64,000 bases of DNA from Ignavibacteriales bacterium (GCA_037443785.1 JBBINR010000003.1:11950-75949), one strand, 5' to 3'; positions 39,946-51,423 are shown, counted from the stretch's first letter. Program-made: numbers and translations. Notes: generated by a model from the letters alone, not told the origin.

Positions 39946-41088
39946 ATGAGCAAAATTTTATATTCATTTTCGTTTGTTTTAATTGGATTGTCAGCAACGT
40001 TTCTTGTTTCTGCCAACAACAATTCAAAGGAGAGTAACAGCTCTTCTATCGAAAAAGTTGTTGTCTCTCATGAAGTACGTGCGGTTCAAATTGATTCACT
40101 TTTCTCATATTTATCTCAGAAAAGAGGATTTAATGGAAATGTCCTCGTTGCGGTTCACGATAGTGTGATCTATAAAAATACTTTTGGGTATTCTGATCTC
40201 TCAAAAAAAGAGCCGTTGAACATCAAATCTGTTTTTCAACTTGCATCGGTCAGCAAACAGTTTACCGCCGTGGCAATGATGATGCTTCACGAACGCGGGC
40301 TTGTCAATTACGAAGATACTCTCCAAAAATTTATTCCCGAACTTCCCTATAAAAATATCACCATTCGCGAATTGCTTTCCCATCGTTCAGGCTTGCCGAA
40401 TTACATGTATTTCTCAGGAAAATATTGGCATAACAAAAAAGAATTTTTAACCAATAACGATGTGCTTGATATCCTGATAAAACACAAGCCGGCACCGGAA
40501 TTTTTGCCGGATAAACGATATAAATACAGCAATACCGGTTATGCATTGTTAGCATTGATTGTCGAACGCGCATCTGGTCTCTCGTTCGATGAATTTATGG
40601 AACAAAATATTTTTGCACCATTAGCCATGCACAACACGTTTGTGTATAACCCAAAAAATAAGAAAACGATTGAATACGAAACGAATGGATATAACAAAAA
40701 CCGCCGTCGGGCTGTCGATGATTTCCTGAGCGGGGTAGTTGGAGACAAAGGCATTTTTTCTACCGTTGATGATCTTTTTTTATGGGACCAAGCATTATAC
40801 ACCGAAAAAATCGTGAAACAGGCAACGCTTGAAGAAGCATTCACGCCAATGAGTTATGATTTTAAACGGAACAACAATTATGGCTTTGGCTGGAGAATAA
40901 CGACGTTTGACGACGGACGAAAAATTGTATATCATGGCGGATGGTGGAGAGGGTATAACAGTTTATTTGCTCGTCGATTGGATGATCATGCAACCGTCAT
41001 CATTCTTACCAACAAAGTGAATTGGAGTTTTGGTGATATTCACCACCTTATGGGGCTCATTACTTCTACATCTTCCGCTTCGCTGTAA
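39946..41088 (+). CDS. Secreted serine hydrolase of the class C beta-lactamase / PBP4* family
   Basis: Signal peptide; SVSK (SxxK), YSNTGY (YxN), HGG. Confidence 0.75.
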   Translation: MSKILYSFSFVLIGLSATFLVSANNNSKESNSSSIEKVVVSHEVRAVQIDSLFSYLSQKRGFNGNVLVAVHDSVIYKNTFGYSDLSKKEPLNIKSVFQLASVSKQFTAVAMMMLHERGLVNYEDTLQKFIPELPYKNITIRELLSHRSGLPNYMYFSGKYWHNKKEFLTNNDVLDILIKHKPAPEFLPDKRYKYSNTGYALLALIVERASGLSFDEFMEQNIFAPLAMHNTFVYNPKNKKTIEYETNGYNKNRRRAVDDFLSGVVGDKGIFSTVDDLFLWDQALYTEKIVKQATLEEAFTPMSYDFKRNNNYGFGWRITTFDDGRKIVYHGGWWRGYNSLFARRLDDHATVIILTNKVNWSFGDIHHLMGLITSTSSASL

Positions 41089-41187
41089 ATTTTCTCTTTA
41101 TAAAATCGTTCCTTGACTTTCAGCTAAGAAATAACCAAATTTTCACAGTTTATTTTTACATCACACCATTATCATAGGAGTTTTTGC

Positions 41188-41979
41188 ATGACTACAGAAA
41201 CGACCACCTCCAAAGGTCTGGAGTGGAAGTGGATCATTATCGGTGTTATTGCCGGTACGACTCTTTGCCTTTCTCTTCATCAAATGATCTCTCAAACATT
41301 TCACATTCCACTTATTCCTACGTTTATGAGCTTGTTGGGATTTGTCGTGATGGGAATTGTTATCGGATATAAATCAGAAGGATATACCATTAAAGAACCT
41401 GCGATTGGCGGAGCAATTACAATGCTTCTCGTCGCTATCATTCTTATTTATGGATTCAATTACCAATTCAGCGGCTGGGAATTGGTAGCCGGCGCAGTAC
41501 TCGGATTACTCCTCGGATTACTCGGCGGATGGGTCGGAGAGCAAATCCAGGTAACGCCCGAAGAAATGGCAAAAGAACTGGAAGATGATAAACAAGGCAA
41601 GCTGCAGTGGGGATGGATTTTAGCAGGGACGGTTGTTGCGTTTACCTTGAACTCCTTTTTTGTCATTGGCGGTTTTGCTCTTCTTAAATTTTCTTTTGTT
41701 GGAATTTTATCTGCCCTTGGAGCAAGTTTTCTGCTCGGCGGCTTGCTGATTGGATATTTTTCACCGGGTGTTACTATTAAAGAGGCTGCGATTGCCGGAG
41801 CATTGAGCGTTATCCTTAACGGAATATTTCTTTATTCGTTCTCTTTGTTGATGACGAATGAACTTGTGTATGTCGGCGAAGGTTTAGTCGGCGGGTTCAT
41901 CCTTTCGCTTCTCGGCGGATGGCTTGGAGAAAAATTGCAGTCATTCGTGGAAAGTGGCTCCAAGACAGAAGAAGATTGA
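41188..41979 (+). CDS. Membrane protein with internally duplicated GGWxGE repeats
   Basis: Two homologous halves each ending LLGGWVGEQIQ / LLGGWLGEKLQ. Confidence 0.5.
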   Translation: MTTETTTSKGLEWKWIIIGVIAGTTLCLSLHQMISQTFHIPLIPTFMSLLGFVVMGIVIGYKSEGYTIKEPAIGGAITMLLVAIILIYGFNYQFSGWELVAGAVLGLLLGLLGGWVGEQIQVTPEEMAKELEDDKQGKLQWGWILAGTVVAFTLNSFFVIGGFALLKFSFVGILSALGASFLLGGLLIGYFSPGVTIKEAAIAGALSVILNGIFLYSFSLLMTNELVYVGEGLVGGFILSLLGGWLGEKLQSFVESGSKTEED

Positions 41980-42083
41980 TGAATTGATCGTAAAAAATAA
42001 AAGGGAACTTCTCGGAGTTCCCTTTTTAGTTTTAAAGCATCTTGTTATTGCAGAAATAGAGAATTACTTTTACAAAGGAAACA

Positions 42084-42938
42084 ATGAAAATTCTTGTCAC
42101 CGGCGGCAGCGGCACTGTCGGAAAATATATTGTTGATGAACTTCTTTCGCATCATCACACCGTCGGCGTGTTGGATATTGCTGCGCCGAAACGAAAAGAT
42201 ATTCGGTTTCATCATGTCGATGTTCTCCAGCTTGATGATGTGATTGATGCAGCGGAAGGATACGATTGCATCATCCATGCTGCGGGGATTCCTCATCCAT
42301 TAAACGATCCGCCGGAAAAAGTGTTCACCGTAAATGTGAATGGAACATTTCACGTATTGGAAGCCGCCGCAAGAAATTCAATTAAGAAAGTTGTTTTTAC
42401 TTCCAGTGAATCGACACTTGGATTTGCATTTATGACCAATCGCATGGTTCCGGAATACATTCCAATCGACGAACATCACCCGATGCGCCCGCAAGATGTC
42501 TATGGATTAAGCAAAGTTATATGCGAACAAATGTGCAGGACGTACTCGGCACGATATGGAATGCGAACAGTCTGCTTGCGTGAACCGTGGATTTGGGTTC
42601 CGGAAGACTCAATGGTCCCGTTTTACAAAACATTGATTGCTGAATATCAACATTGGCATAAGAACCTCTGGACGTATGTTCATGTCTTCGATGTTGCGGA
42701 AGCTCACCGATTGGCTGCAGAAACCGATCTTGAAAACCTTCACGAGATATTTTTTATTACCGCACAAGAAAACTGGACAGGACGCGATTCGAAAGAACTG
42801 CTCTCCGTCTTTTACCCCGAAGTAAAAACATTTGCCGGTACGTTTTCAGGAAAAGATGCGATCATTTCTCATGCGAAAGCGTCGGCACTCCTCGGATATC
42901 AGCCTCACTTTTCATTACACAATATTGTGCTGAAGTGA
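42084..42938 (+). CDS. NAD-dependent epimerase/dehydratase (SDR)
   Basis: ILVTGGSGTVGKYIV Rossmann motif; YxxxK. Confidence 0.8.
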   Translation: MKILVTGGSGTVGKYIVDELLSHHHTVGVLDIAAPKRKDIRFHHVDVLQLDDVIDAAEGYDCIIHAAGIPHPLNDPPEKVFTVNVNGTFHVLEAAARNSIKKVVFTSSESTLGFAFMTNRMVPEYIPIDEHHPMRPQDVYGLSKVICEQMCRTYSARYGMRTVCLREPWIWVPEDSMVPFYKTLIAEYQHWHKNLWTYVHVFDVAEAHRLAAETDLENLHEIFFITAQENWTGRDSKELLSVFYPEVKTFAGTFSGKDAIISHAKASALLGYQPHFSLHNIVLK

Positions 42939-44839
42939 ATCGGCTTTCCATAATAGGTATCGTGCTGTTTCTCACTATCGCGCATGGATTTGCACAAACC
43001 GATATATTCCGTTCGCTGCCTGTGATGTCGTCGGATTCTAATAAAGCAAATCTTAGGATTGAACGAAATATTTCCACCTATGTTTGGAATCTTAATTCGG
43101 CTGTCATGCATATGGATTCTCTTTTTTCCTTCCGTGCAGCAGATCAATTTACCTCATCCTTGATCCATAAAAATTTTAACTCATTTCGTGATGAAAATAC
43201 ATTGGGCATGGATATAGCGTACACAATGACCGAGCAAATTTCACTCAACGGTGAAACGCATTCGTTTGTTGCATCGGATAATCAATCGCTAGGAGTGAGC
43301 AAAGCAGCAATTCATTCTTTACTTGGTGGAATATCGTATCGGCCGTTTCGTAATACTTCTCTCACCCCGCTGATTGGACTTCGGTACGATAAGCAGCAAG
43401 GAGAAGAAGATGAAGGAGCACAGTATAGAATTGTTCTCTATGCAGACTCGCTTGATTTCAGCGGTTACAGCGCAAATTTTTCCGGTGAGTTCAATCAAAG
43501 CGATCTCCATCCCAGAAAATTTAACAACAACGGTGCCGACCTCACGATTGCTTCTACATTTTCCGAAGGAGCGAGTGACAGCATTCATCTTCACTGGTAC
43601 AGCAACCGATGGGATTTTTATATTCCTGCGGATGTCAATATCAAAGAAGTCTATGGCGTGCAATCAAATATTCGGTCACGCAACGAGCAAATGTATACTA
43701 TCCAGAATATTTTGGACTATAATTTTGGCTATGGTTTTTCAACGGAATTCGTCACGTCAATTGAATCCCGTATCATCGATAATAAGTACCGGTACAAGAT
43801 CCTTTTCGATCCGCAGTCAATTTTATTTAATACGAATGTCCAGGAATTTCGTCTTGGAGGCGGCATCGATATTAGGTATCGTTCAGAAGTTTTTTCGTCA
43901 TTGATAGGACTGCATGTCAGCGAGCGGGATGAAAAGCATTCTATCGAAAAAATTGACAATACGAATCACGCTTTGCAAGAAACACGAGCGAGGCAGGAAA
44001 GTCAACTTGATAACACAGCGTTGAAAACGACGCTGAGCGAAACAACAACCGCCCGGTTGTCATCAGCCGATGACGCTGTTTTTGACGGCTCCATCAGTAT
44101 ACTTCGGTACGATACGCCCGACTCGAACAATACTGATGATCGCGATGAGCTTCTGATCAATCTTTCCTTGAAGGAACGTCATACGTTTAATCATGTGTTT
44201 GAAGGAAGAATCTCAGCAGAGGCGATATTGTCCCACATCGTGTATCTTCATGGGGAGAAGAGTGCAAATAACAATTGGAACAGAATTTTCCGCTTGTCAC
44301 CGGAGGTGGAATACCGTCCGTCGGATCGATTCAGGATGTTTAATTCATTTGAAGTTCTGGCCAATTATACCGTTTTTGATTTTGAGACACTGGTTCCGAG
44401 CGTGAAGAGCTACTCGTACCGCCAGGTTGCTTTTCTTGATTCAACCTCGTATGATATATCACGAACCCTCGGGTTGGATATGTTTGGACATCTTCGCATC
44501 TATGAGCGTGGTGAATTTTCATGGAAAGATTTTTCAGAACGCCCGCAGCAATATGTCGAGGAAATAACTTTTTCCCCGCAAGTGCGGTATCACTATACGG
44601 AGCGCTGGCTGTTTGCGATAGGGTTTCGTTCGTTTGCCCAAAAACGATTTCGCTACGAGAAAAATATTCGACGATTTGAAAATACGTACCTCAGCGCGGG
44701 GCCGACAGCACGGATCAGTATTCATCTTTCACCGGATTCGCTGATCGAGATCAACGGGTGGAAAGAATTTCAGCGGAACTCCGGCGAGAACATTAGAGAC
44801 TATTCAAACGTAATGATGAATATTAAATATTTTTTTTAA
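42935..44839 (+). CDS. Outer-membrane beta-barrel protein (putative)
   Basis: Signal peptide ...GFAQ, alternating amphipathic strands, C-terminal ...NIKYFF. Confidence 0.55.
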   Translation: MNRLSIIGIVLFLTIAHGFAQTDIFRSLPVMSSDSNKANLRIERNISTYVWNLNSAVMHMDSLFSFRAADQFTSSLIHKNFNSFRDENTLGMDIAYTMTEQISLNGETHSFVASDNQSLGVSKAAIHSLLGGISYRPFRNTSLTPLIGLRYDKQQGEEDEGAQYRIVLYADSLDFSGYSANFSGEFNQSDLHPRKFNNNGADLTIASTFSEGASDSIHLHWYSNRWDFYIPADVNIKEVYGVQSNIRSRNEQMYTIQNILDYNFGYGFSTEFVTSIESRIIDNKYRYKILFDPQSILFNTNVQEFRLGGGIDIRYRSEVFSSLIGLHVSERDEKHSIEKIDNTNHALQETRARQESQLDNTALKTTLSETTTARLSSADDAVFDGSISILRYDTPDSNNTDDRDELLINLSLKERHTFNHVFEGRISAEAILSHIVYLHGEKSANNNWNRIFRLSPEVEYRPSDRFRMFNSFEVLANYTVFDFETLVPSVKSYSYRQVAFLDSTSYDISRTLGLDMFGHLRIYERGEFSWKDFSERPQQYVEEITFSPQVRYHYTERWLFAIGFRSFAQKRFRYEKNIRRFENTYLSAGPTARISIHLSPDSLIEINGWKEFQRNSGENIRDYSNVMMNIKYFF

Positions 44840-44843
44840 GACA

Positions 44844-45251
44844 ATGACGCCGCGAAAAGAATTCCAACTTGTTATTCCCAGCAACAGGAAAAATATTCAC
44901 CGCGTTGAAGATTTTTTTCATTCCATCAACGACGCGCTTCGCCTGCCCGACGAAAAACTTCACGCCGTTCTCGTTGCTGTTACGGAAGCGGTGAACAACG
45001 GCATTATACACGGGAATAAAAATGACGAAACAAAAAATGTAACAGTAACATGTTCAAAAGGGAATGACATTATTAAAATTTTTGTGCGTGATGAAGGGGA
45101 AGGATTTAAGCCGGGCGAAATCGCCAATCCGTTGAGTGAAGAAAACTTAATGCGTGTCGGCGGGCGAGGCGTTTTTTTGATGAAGGCTTTTATGCAATCG
45201 GTGGAATATAATGAGAAGGGAAATGAAGTAACAATGACAATAAAGTTGTGA
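44844..45251 (+). CDS. Anti-sigma regulatory factor-like Ser/Thr kinase (RsbW/SpoIIAB-type HATPase)
   Basis: N-box VTEAVNNGIIHGN; G-box DEGEGF...GGRGVFLM. Confidence 0.65.
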   Translation: MTPRKEFQLVIPSNRKNIHRVEDFFHSINDALRLPDEKLHAVLVAVTEAVNNGIIHGNKNDETKNVTVTCSKGNDIIKIFVRDEGEGFKPGEIANPLSEENLMRVGGRGVFLMKAFMQSVEYNEKGNEVTMTIKL

Positions 45252-45254
45252 TAA

Positions 45255-45286
45255 TAAAAAAGGCTGATCGTTGATCAGCCTTTTTT
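45255..45286. terminator. Bidirectional rho-independent terminator
   Basis: AAAAAA-GGCTGATC-gtt-GATCAGCC-TTTTTT between convergent genes. Confidence 0.8.
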
Positions 45287-45306
45287 ATTTACAGCTTCTT
45301 TCAAGT

Positions 45307-46239
<933 letters not shown>

Positions 46240-46252
46240 CTAAAAGTTTCTG

Positions 46253-46286
46253 AAAATAAAAAAGCGCCCGCCTGAGGCGGACGCTT
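46253..46286 (-). terminator. Rho-independent terminator downstream of rpmA
   Basis: Minus-strand AAGCGTCCGCC-tca-GGCGGGCGCTT followed by TTTTTTATTTT. Confidence 0.7.
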
Positions 46287-46318
46287 AATGTAAAAAAATA
46301 ATTCTGATAATTTCAGAT

Positions 46319-46573
46319 TTATTGTGCGATGATCGAGACAGCTTGACGTGTCTTGCTGATCATGTGAAACTTTACGCGTCCGGTCTTTAAAGCGAACAAT
46401 GTATCGTCGCCGCCGCGTCCGACATTATCGCCGGGGTGGAATTTTGTTCCACGCTGACGAACGAGAATTTCTCCGGCATTGACCAATTCTCCGCCAAAGC
46501 GTTTTACGCCGAGGCGCTGCGCATTACTGTCGCGTCCGTTTTTGGTACTTCCCGCACCTTTTTTATGTGCCAT
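46319..46573 (-). CDS. rpmA: 50S ribosomal protein L27
   Basis: [16 protein letters not shown]... Confidence 0.95.
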   Translation of the reverse strand: MAHKKGAGSTKNGRDSNAQRLGVKRFGGELVNAGEILVRQRGTKFHPGDNVGRGGDDTLFALKTGRVKFHMISKTRQAVSIIAQ

Positions 46574-46597
46574 GCTACGTAACTCCTTACTAAAATC

Positions 46598-46906
46598 TTA
46601 ATTAATGGACGTAATTTCAATTTGTGTGTACTGTTGACGGTGTCCCCGTTTTACGCGGTATCCTTTGCGTTTTTTCTTTTTGAAAACGATGACCTTATCA
46701 TCCTTCACGTGTGCAAGCACTTTTGCTGCAACCGATGCTCCTGCAACGACCGGATTTCCGACCTTCACAGATTTATCATCAGCAAGCAAAAGGACTTTAT
46801 CAAACTTTACAACGCTGTCAACAGCGCCTTCTAATCTGGGGACATAGAGCTTTTCCGTCGGGTTTACTCTGTATTGCTGTCCGGCAATTTCTACTACTGC
46901 ATACAT
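46598..46906 (-). CDS. rplU: 50S ribosomal protein L21
   Basis: [14 protein letters not shown]... Confidence 0.95.
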   Translation of the reverse strand: MYAVVEIAGQQYRVNPTEKLYVPRLEGAVDSVVKFDKVLLLADDKSVKVGNPVVAGASVAAKVLAHVKDDKVIVFKKKKRKGYRVKRGHRQQYTQIEITSIN

Positions 46907-47041
46907 GCTTTCAATCCTTCTTTCTGTTCAATTTTGGAGTAATAAAATAGGAAAAATGCAGTCGAAAGTCAATGTCTGGTATAAGAAATTTTTTTCATTT
47001 TTGGCATTGCGAAAGCGAAATATTCTGGCGAATTTTATATA

Positions 47042-47650
47042 ATGATTTCCGAAGATATTTTACGAACTTTTCATGCGTCGCTGGCTACTCTGGAAAAAGG
47101 TGAAACTCTTTTCCACTACGGTGATTCTGCAGTCTATTTTTACATTGTTCATCATGGGAAAATTAAAATGGCAAATTACAGCGATGACGGACGTGAATTT
47201 GTTCAGGGATATTTTACCGATGGGCAAAGTTTTGGCGAACCCCCCTTCTTTCAAAAAAGTGCGTATCCTGCTTCTGCAATTGCCGTAGAGAAAAGCTCGG
47301 TGTGGAAAATCTCACGCGAGAATTTTTTAAAATTGTTGAAAAATAATTTCGATATTCATCTTGAATTGACAGCAACGCTTTCCAGTCGTTTGATCTACAA
47401 ATCGACCATGCTGTCGGAGCTGGCGATCGAAGAAGCAGAACATCGACTTATAACATTTATGCAATACTTTGTCGGAAACAACAAAACGGAATCTTCTAAA
47501 CCGTACAAAATTCCTCTTACACGCCAACAGCTTGCAGATATGACAGGGCTTCGTGTTGAAACGGTTATTCGATGTATAAAATCGCTCGAGCAAAAAAAAT
47601 TCCTCACGATAAATAGTGATGGAAAAATTCTTTGGAAAGTTTTTCAGTAA
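47042..47650 (+). CDS. Crp/Fnr-family transcriptional regulator (candidate NO-responsive regulator)
   Basis: cNMP-binding fold plus C-terminal HTH RQQLADMTGLRVETVIRCIKSLE. Confidence 0.85.
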   Translation: MISEDILRTFHASLATLEKGETLFHYGDSAVYFYIVHHGKIKMANYSDDGREFVQGYFTDGQSFGEPPFFQKSAYPASAIAVEKSSVWKISRENFLKLLKNNFDIHLELTATLSSRLIYKSTMLSELAIEEAEHRLITFMQYFVGNNKTESSKPYKIPLTRQQLADMTGLRVETVIRCIKSLEQKKFLTINSDGKILWKVFQ

Positions 47651-47681
47651 TTTTTTTCCATTCGCCATAAGTGTATTTCTC

Positions 47682-47699
47682 TTATGATGTACATCATAA
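47682..47699. promoter_or_regulatory. Perfect 18-bp palindrome TTATGATGTACATCATAA, 73 bp upstream of the hemerythrin gene
   Basis: Self-complementary, seen directly. Confidence 0.55.
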
Positions 47700-47771
47700 T
47701 CTTCATGGTAAATTTTGCTGTACGTTTATTCATGATTGATTTTACAAATCCTTTGAAAGAATGAAAAAAAA

Positions 47772-48281
47772 ATGAGAAGACCGCTCCACAGTTTTTTCAC
47801 GGAAGATCATCGAAGGTTGGACAATCTTCTTAACCAGGCAACAAAAGATCCGCACAATGTTGAAATGACTTCGTATAGCCGTTTTCGCACTGGTCTGTTG
47901 AAGCATATTAAAATGGAAGAAACTATTCTTTTCACTGCTGCTCAAAAACACAACGGTTCTCAATTTGCCCTTATACCAAAATTACGATTGGATCATGGCG
48001 CCTTAACAGCGTTAATGGTTCCATCACCTTCTCCCAAAGTTATACGTGCGCTACGGTTTATTTTGGAAAAGCACGATCTTCTTGAAGAAGAAACCGGCGG
48101 TCTTTATGATGCTTGTGATGCTCTCTCCGCCGCTGATGTTGAAACGATACTGCACGCAATAAAAAATACATCTGAAGTTCCGGTTCACGCTCATCGTGAT
48201 GAGCCATATATTTTAGAAGCGACTCATCGCGCTCTCGCCAGAGCCGGATATAATTTCAACGATTTCAACGACCCCAAGTGA
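47772..48281 (+). CDS. Hemerythrin-like (HHE cation-binding) domain protein
   Basis: H/E-rich helical motifs (EDHRRLD, KHIKMEE, LDHGAL, EKHDLLEE). Confidence 0.6.
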   Translation: MRRPLHSFFTEDHRRLDNLLNQATKDPHNVEMTSYSRFRTGLLKHIKMEETILFTAAQKHNGSQFALIPKLRLDHGALTALMVPSPSPKVIRALRFILEKHDLLEEETGGLYDACDALSAADVETILHAIKNTSEVPVHAHRDEPYILEATHRALARAGYNFNDFNDPK

Positions 48282-48301
48282 GTTTTTAGAAAATTTTATC
48301 T

Positions 48302-48319
48302 TTATGACATATATCATAA
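48302..48319. promoter_or_regulatory. Near-perfect 18-bp palindrome TTATGACATATATCATAA, 71 bp upstream of the RIC gene
   Basis: Same TTATGA-N6-TCATAA architecture as 47682-47699. Confidence 0.55.
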
Positions 48320-48389
48320 ACTTTGCTATTTTAAATTAAGATATATTACTCCGAATTAAATATCTTATCTCATCACAAAGGAGTCATAT

Positions 48390-49124
48390 ATGCTTATCAA
48401 CAATATTACATCGCAAACGATTAAAGAGATTGTTACGAATAATTTCCAAACTGCATCTGTTTTTGAAAAATATTCTCTCGATTTCTGCTGTCGCGGAGGA
48501 AAAACAATTAATGAAGCGTGCGTTGAAAAAGGAATTTCAATTGATGCTGTTCTTAACGATTTAGCATCGCTTGGAGGATCGCAAGATAATTCAGGTATGC
48601 ATTTTTCTGAATGGAGTCTCGATTTTCTTATCGACTACATTGTGAAGAATCATCATGAGTATGTTAAACGAATGATTCCGGTTCTGTACACACATACGCA
48701 AAAAGTTGCAACTGTCCATGGTTCACACCATCCCGAAGTAATTAAAATTGCCGAAGCTTTTGAGTCTGTCGCTGCAGAATTTCAGCAGCACATGCAGAAG
48801 GAAGAACAAATATTATTTCCCTATATCATTTCATTGGTTGAAGCAAAGAAAACAGGTTCTCCATCAGGCCGTTCACCATTTGGTTCCGTACAAAATCCAA
48901 TTCGCATGATGGAACAGGAACATCAAACGGCAGGAGATGAAATGTATGGAATTCGTTCACTCAGCAATTCATATACTCCGCCTGAAGATGCGTGCACGAC
49001 ATTTCGAGTTTCATATCAAGAACTCCAAGAATTTGAAAAAGATTTACATCAGCATGTGCATTTGGAAAATAACATTCTCTTTCCCAAAGCAATTGCATTA
49101 GAACAACAACTACTCTCAAAATAA
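48390..49124 (+). CDS. Iron-sulfur cluster repair di-iron protein (RIC / ScdA / YtfE family)
   Basis: N-terminal ScdA_N motif DFCCRGG plus hemerythrin-like H/E motifs. Confidence 0.8.
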   Translation: MLINNITSQTIKEIVTNNFQTASVFEKYSLDFCCRGGKTINEACVEKGISIDAVLNDLASLGGSQDNSGMHFSEWSLDFLIDYIVKNHHEYVKRMIPVLYTHTQKVATVHGSHHPEVIKIAEAFESVAAEFQQHMQKEEQILFPYIISLVEAKKTGSPSGRSPFGSVQNPIRMMEQEHQTAGDEMYGIRSLSNSYTPPEDACTTFRVSYQELQEFEKDLHQHVHLENNILFPKAIALEQQLLSK

Positions 49125-49146
49125 AATACATGAAAGGAATTTTCTT

Positions 49147-51363
49147 GTGAAGAAATATTGGATAGGATTCGCTTCGGTTATTGTCTTTTCGTTTGCGGTG
49201 CTGGGGTGGGTTGGAACACGCATTTATCACCAAGCACCGCCAATCCCGGATAAAGTTGTTACGAGTGATGGAGTAGTTGTGATTCCATCAGGTGATATTT
49301 CAATCGGTCAAAATGTTTGGCAGGCATTGGGAGGAATGGAAGTCGGCTCGGTGTGGGGACATGGAAGCTATGTTGCGCCGGACTGGTCAGCTGATTGGCT
49401 TCACCGTGAATTGATGTTCATTCTGAATGAATGGTCACAACAAGAACATCAAAAATCATTTGAAGCATTAACGAATGAAGAGCAAGCACAATTGAAAGCG
49501 CGGTTAACTGCACTGATTCGAAACAATACGTATGATCCGAACACGAATACTATTACCGTCGATCCGGTTCGCGCTCGTGCTTTCGAATCAAACCTACGGC
49601 ATTACAGCGATGTGTTTTCAAATGGAAAAACTGAATATGCAATTCGTAAAAATACGCAAAGCGATCCGGTAAAACTCCGACAGCTTGCGGCATTTATTTT
49701 TTGGTCATCATGGGCTGCATCAACAAATCGCCCCGGCGATAACATTACCTACACAAGCAACTGGCCTCATGAAGAACTCATCGGTAATCGTCCGACAGGA
49801 GATGCGGTCGTATGGACGGGCGTGAGCATTATTGTGCTTCTGGCGGGAATTGGCGGAATGATTTGGTTCCGTGCATCGCAAAAAACTGAGGAGATTCATG
49901 ATGACATTCCATCATCCGATCCACTTCTCAATTCAGTGGCAACGCCGTCGCAAAAAGCCACACTTAAATATTTTTGGACCGTGCTCGGATTGCTTCTTCT
50001 CCAAATGGGAATGGGAATGGTCACAGCACACTATGGAGTTGAAGGGGATGGATTCTACGGAATTCCACTCGCAAAATTTCTTCCGTATTCGATTGCCCGC
50101 ACATGGCACACGCAGCTCGGCATTTTCTGGATTGCAACAGCGTGGCTTGCCGCAGGATTATACATCGGGCCCGCCGTCAGCGGTGTTGAACCGAAAGGGC
50201 AACGTCTTGGTGTGAATGTGTTGTTCGGTGCATTGCTTGTTGTCGTGCTTGGTTCAATGGCAGGCGAGTGGATGAGTGTGATGAATCTTCTTCCGGATAA
50301 TCTTTGGTTCTTCTTCGGTCACAGCGGATATGAATATATCGACCTCGGCCGTTTCTTCCAGATTGCCTTGCTCATCGGATTATTTTTATGGTTTTGGCTG
50401 ATGTTCCGTTCGATTCGTCCTGCACTGCAGAAAAAAGATGAACAAAAACCAATCCTCACATTATTTCTCATTTCAAGCGCAGCCATCGCCTCATTCTATG
50501 CATCGGCATTGATGTACGGCAAACACACAAATCTTGCCGTCACGGAATACTGGCGCTGGTGGGTTGTGCATCTGTGGGTTGAAGGATTCTTCGAGGTTTT
50601 CGCGACTGTGGTGATTGCCTTTCTTTTTGCGCGGCTAAAATTAATAAGTTTGAAAACAGCCGGAGCCGCAACAATATTTTCCTCAACAATTTTTCTTTCC
50701 GGCGGAATCATCGGCACACTGCATCATCTCTATTTTTCGGGAACGCCGACTTTTGTGCTGGCGCTCGGTTCGGTCTTCAGCGCGCTGGAAGTTGTTCCGC
50801 TGGTGTTTGTGGGATATGAAGCGTGGGAAAATATCAAAATCTCCAGAGCAAAAGAGTGGGTGCAGAATTATAAATGGCCTATCTACTTCTTCGTCTCCGT
50901 TGCGTTTTGGAATCTTGTCGGCGCGGGCTTGTTCGGATTCATGATCAATCCGCCGATTGCATTGTATTACATGCAGGGATTGAACACCACGCCGGTGCAC
51001 GGACATGCGGCATTGTTTGGCGTGTACGGAATGCTTGGCATCGGATTGCTTCTGTTCTGTCTCCGCGCAATGAATCCGAGGTTGCAATGGAACGGAAAGC
51101 TCATCGGATTTTCTTTCTGGACGATCAATGCAGGATTGTTTGCGATGGTAACATTCAGTTTGCTTCCGGTCGGGTTAATGCAAACATGGGCTTCGGTTGA
51201 GTATGGATATTGGTATGCACGAAGCGCAGAATTTTTGCAGACAGGAATTATGTCCACACTGCGATGGATGCGCGTTCCGGGCGATACGATTTTTGCCATC
51301 GGAATTCTTGCGCTGGTCGTTTTTGTGGTGAACGTAACGTTGAAAGGAACTTCGGAAAAATAA
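49147..51363 (+). CDS. Quinol-dependent nitric oxide reductase large subunit (qNOR, NorB/NorZ)
   Basis: 738-aa heme-copper oxidase-type 12+ TM core with N-terminal periplasmic extension; conserved His ligands. Confidence 0.85.
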   Translation: MKKYWIGFASVIVFSFAVLGWVGTRIYHQAPPIPDKVVTSDGVVVIPSGDISIGQNVWQALGGMEVGSVWGHGSYVAPDWSADWLHRELMFILNEWSQQEHQKSFEALTNEEQAQLKARLTALIRNNTYDPNTNTITVDPVRARAFESNLRHYSDVFSNGKTEYAIRKNTQSDPVKLRQLAAFIFWSSWAASTNRPGDNITYTSNWPHEELIGNRPTGDAVVWTGVSIIVLLAGIGGMIWFRASQKTEEIHDDIPSSDPLLNSVATPSQKATLKYFWTVLGLLLLQMGMGMVTAHYGVEGDGFYGIPLAKFLPYSIARTWHTQLGIFWIATAWLAAGLYIGPAVSGVEPKGQRLGVNVLFGALLVVVLGSMAGEWMSVMNLLPDNLWFFFGHSGYEYIDLGRFFQIALLIGLFLWFWLMFRSIRPALQKKDEQKPILTLFLISSAAIASFYASALMYGKHTNLAVTEYWRWWVVHLWVEGFFEVFATVVIAFLFARLKLISLKTAGAATIFSSTIFLSGGIIGTLHHLYFSGTPTFVLALGSVFSALEVVPLVFVGYEAWENIKISRAKEWVQNYKWPIYFFVSVAFWNLVGAGLFGFMINPPIALYYMQGLNTTPVHGHAALFGVYGMLGIGLLLFCLRAMNPRLQWNGKLIGFSFWTINAGLFAMVTFSLLPVGLMQTWASVEYGYWYARSAEFLQTGIMSTLRWMRVPGDTIFAIGILALVVFVVNVTLKGTSEK

Positions 51364-51380
51364 ATTGCGGTATTACAATT

Positions 51381-51423
51381 AAACTGTCAGGCATCGAAAA
51401 AAATGTCTGACAGTTTTTATTTT
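51381..51423 (+). terminator. Rho-independent terminator after the qNOR gene
   Basis: AAACTGTCAGGCAT-cgaaaaaa-ATGTCTGACAGTTT followed by TTTTATTTT. Confidence 0.75.
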
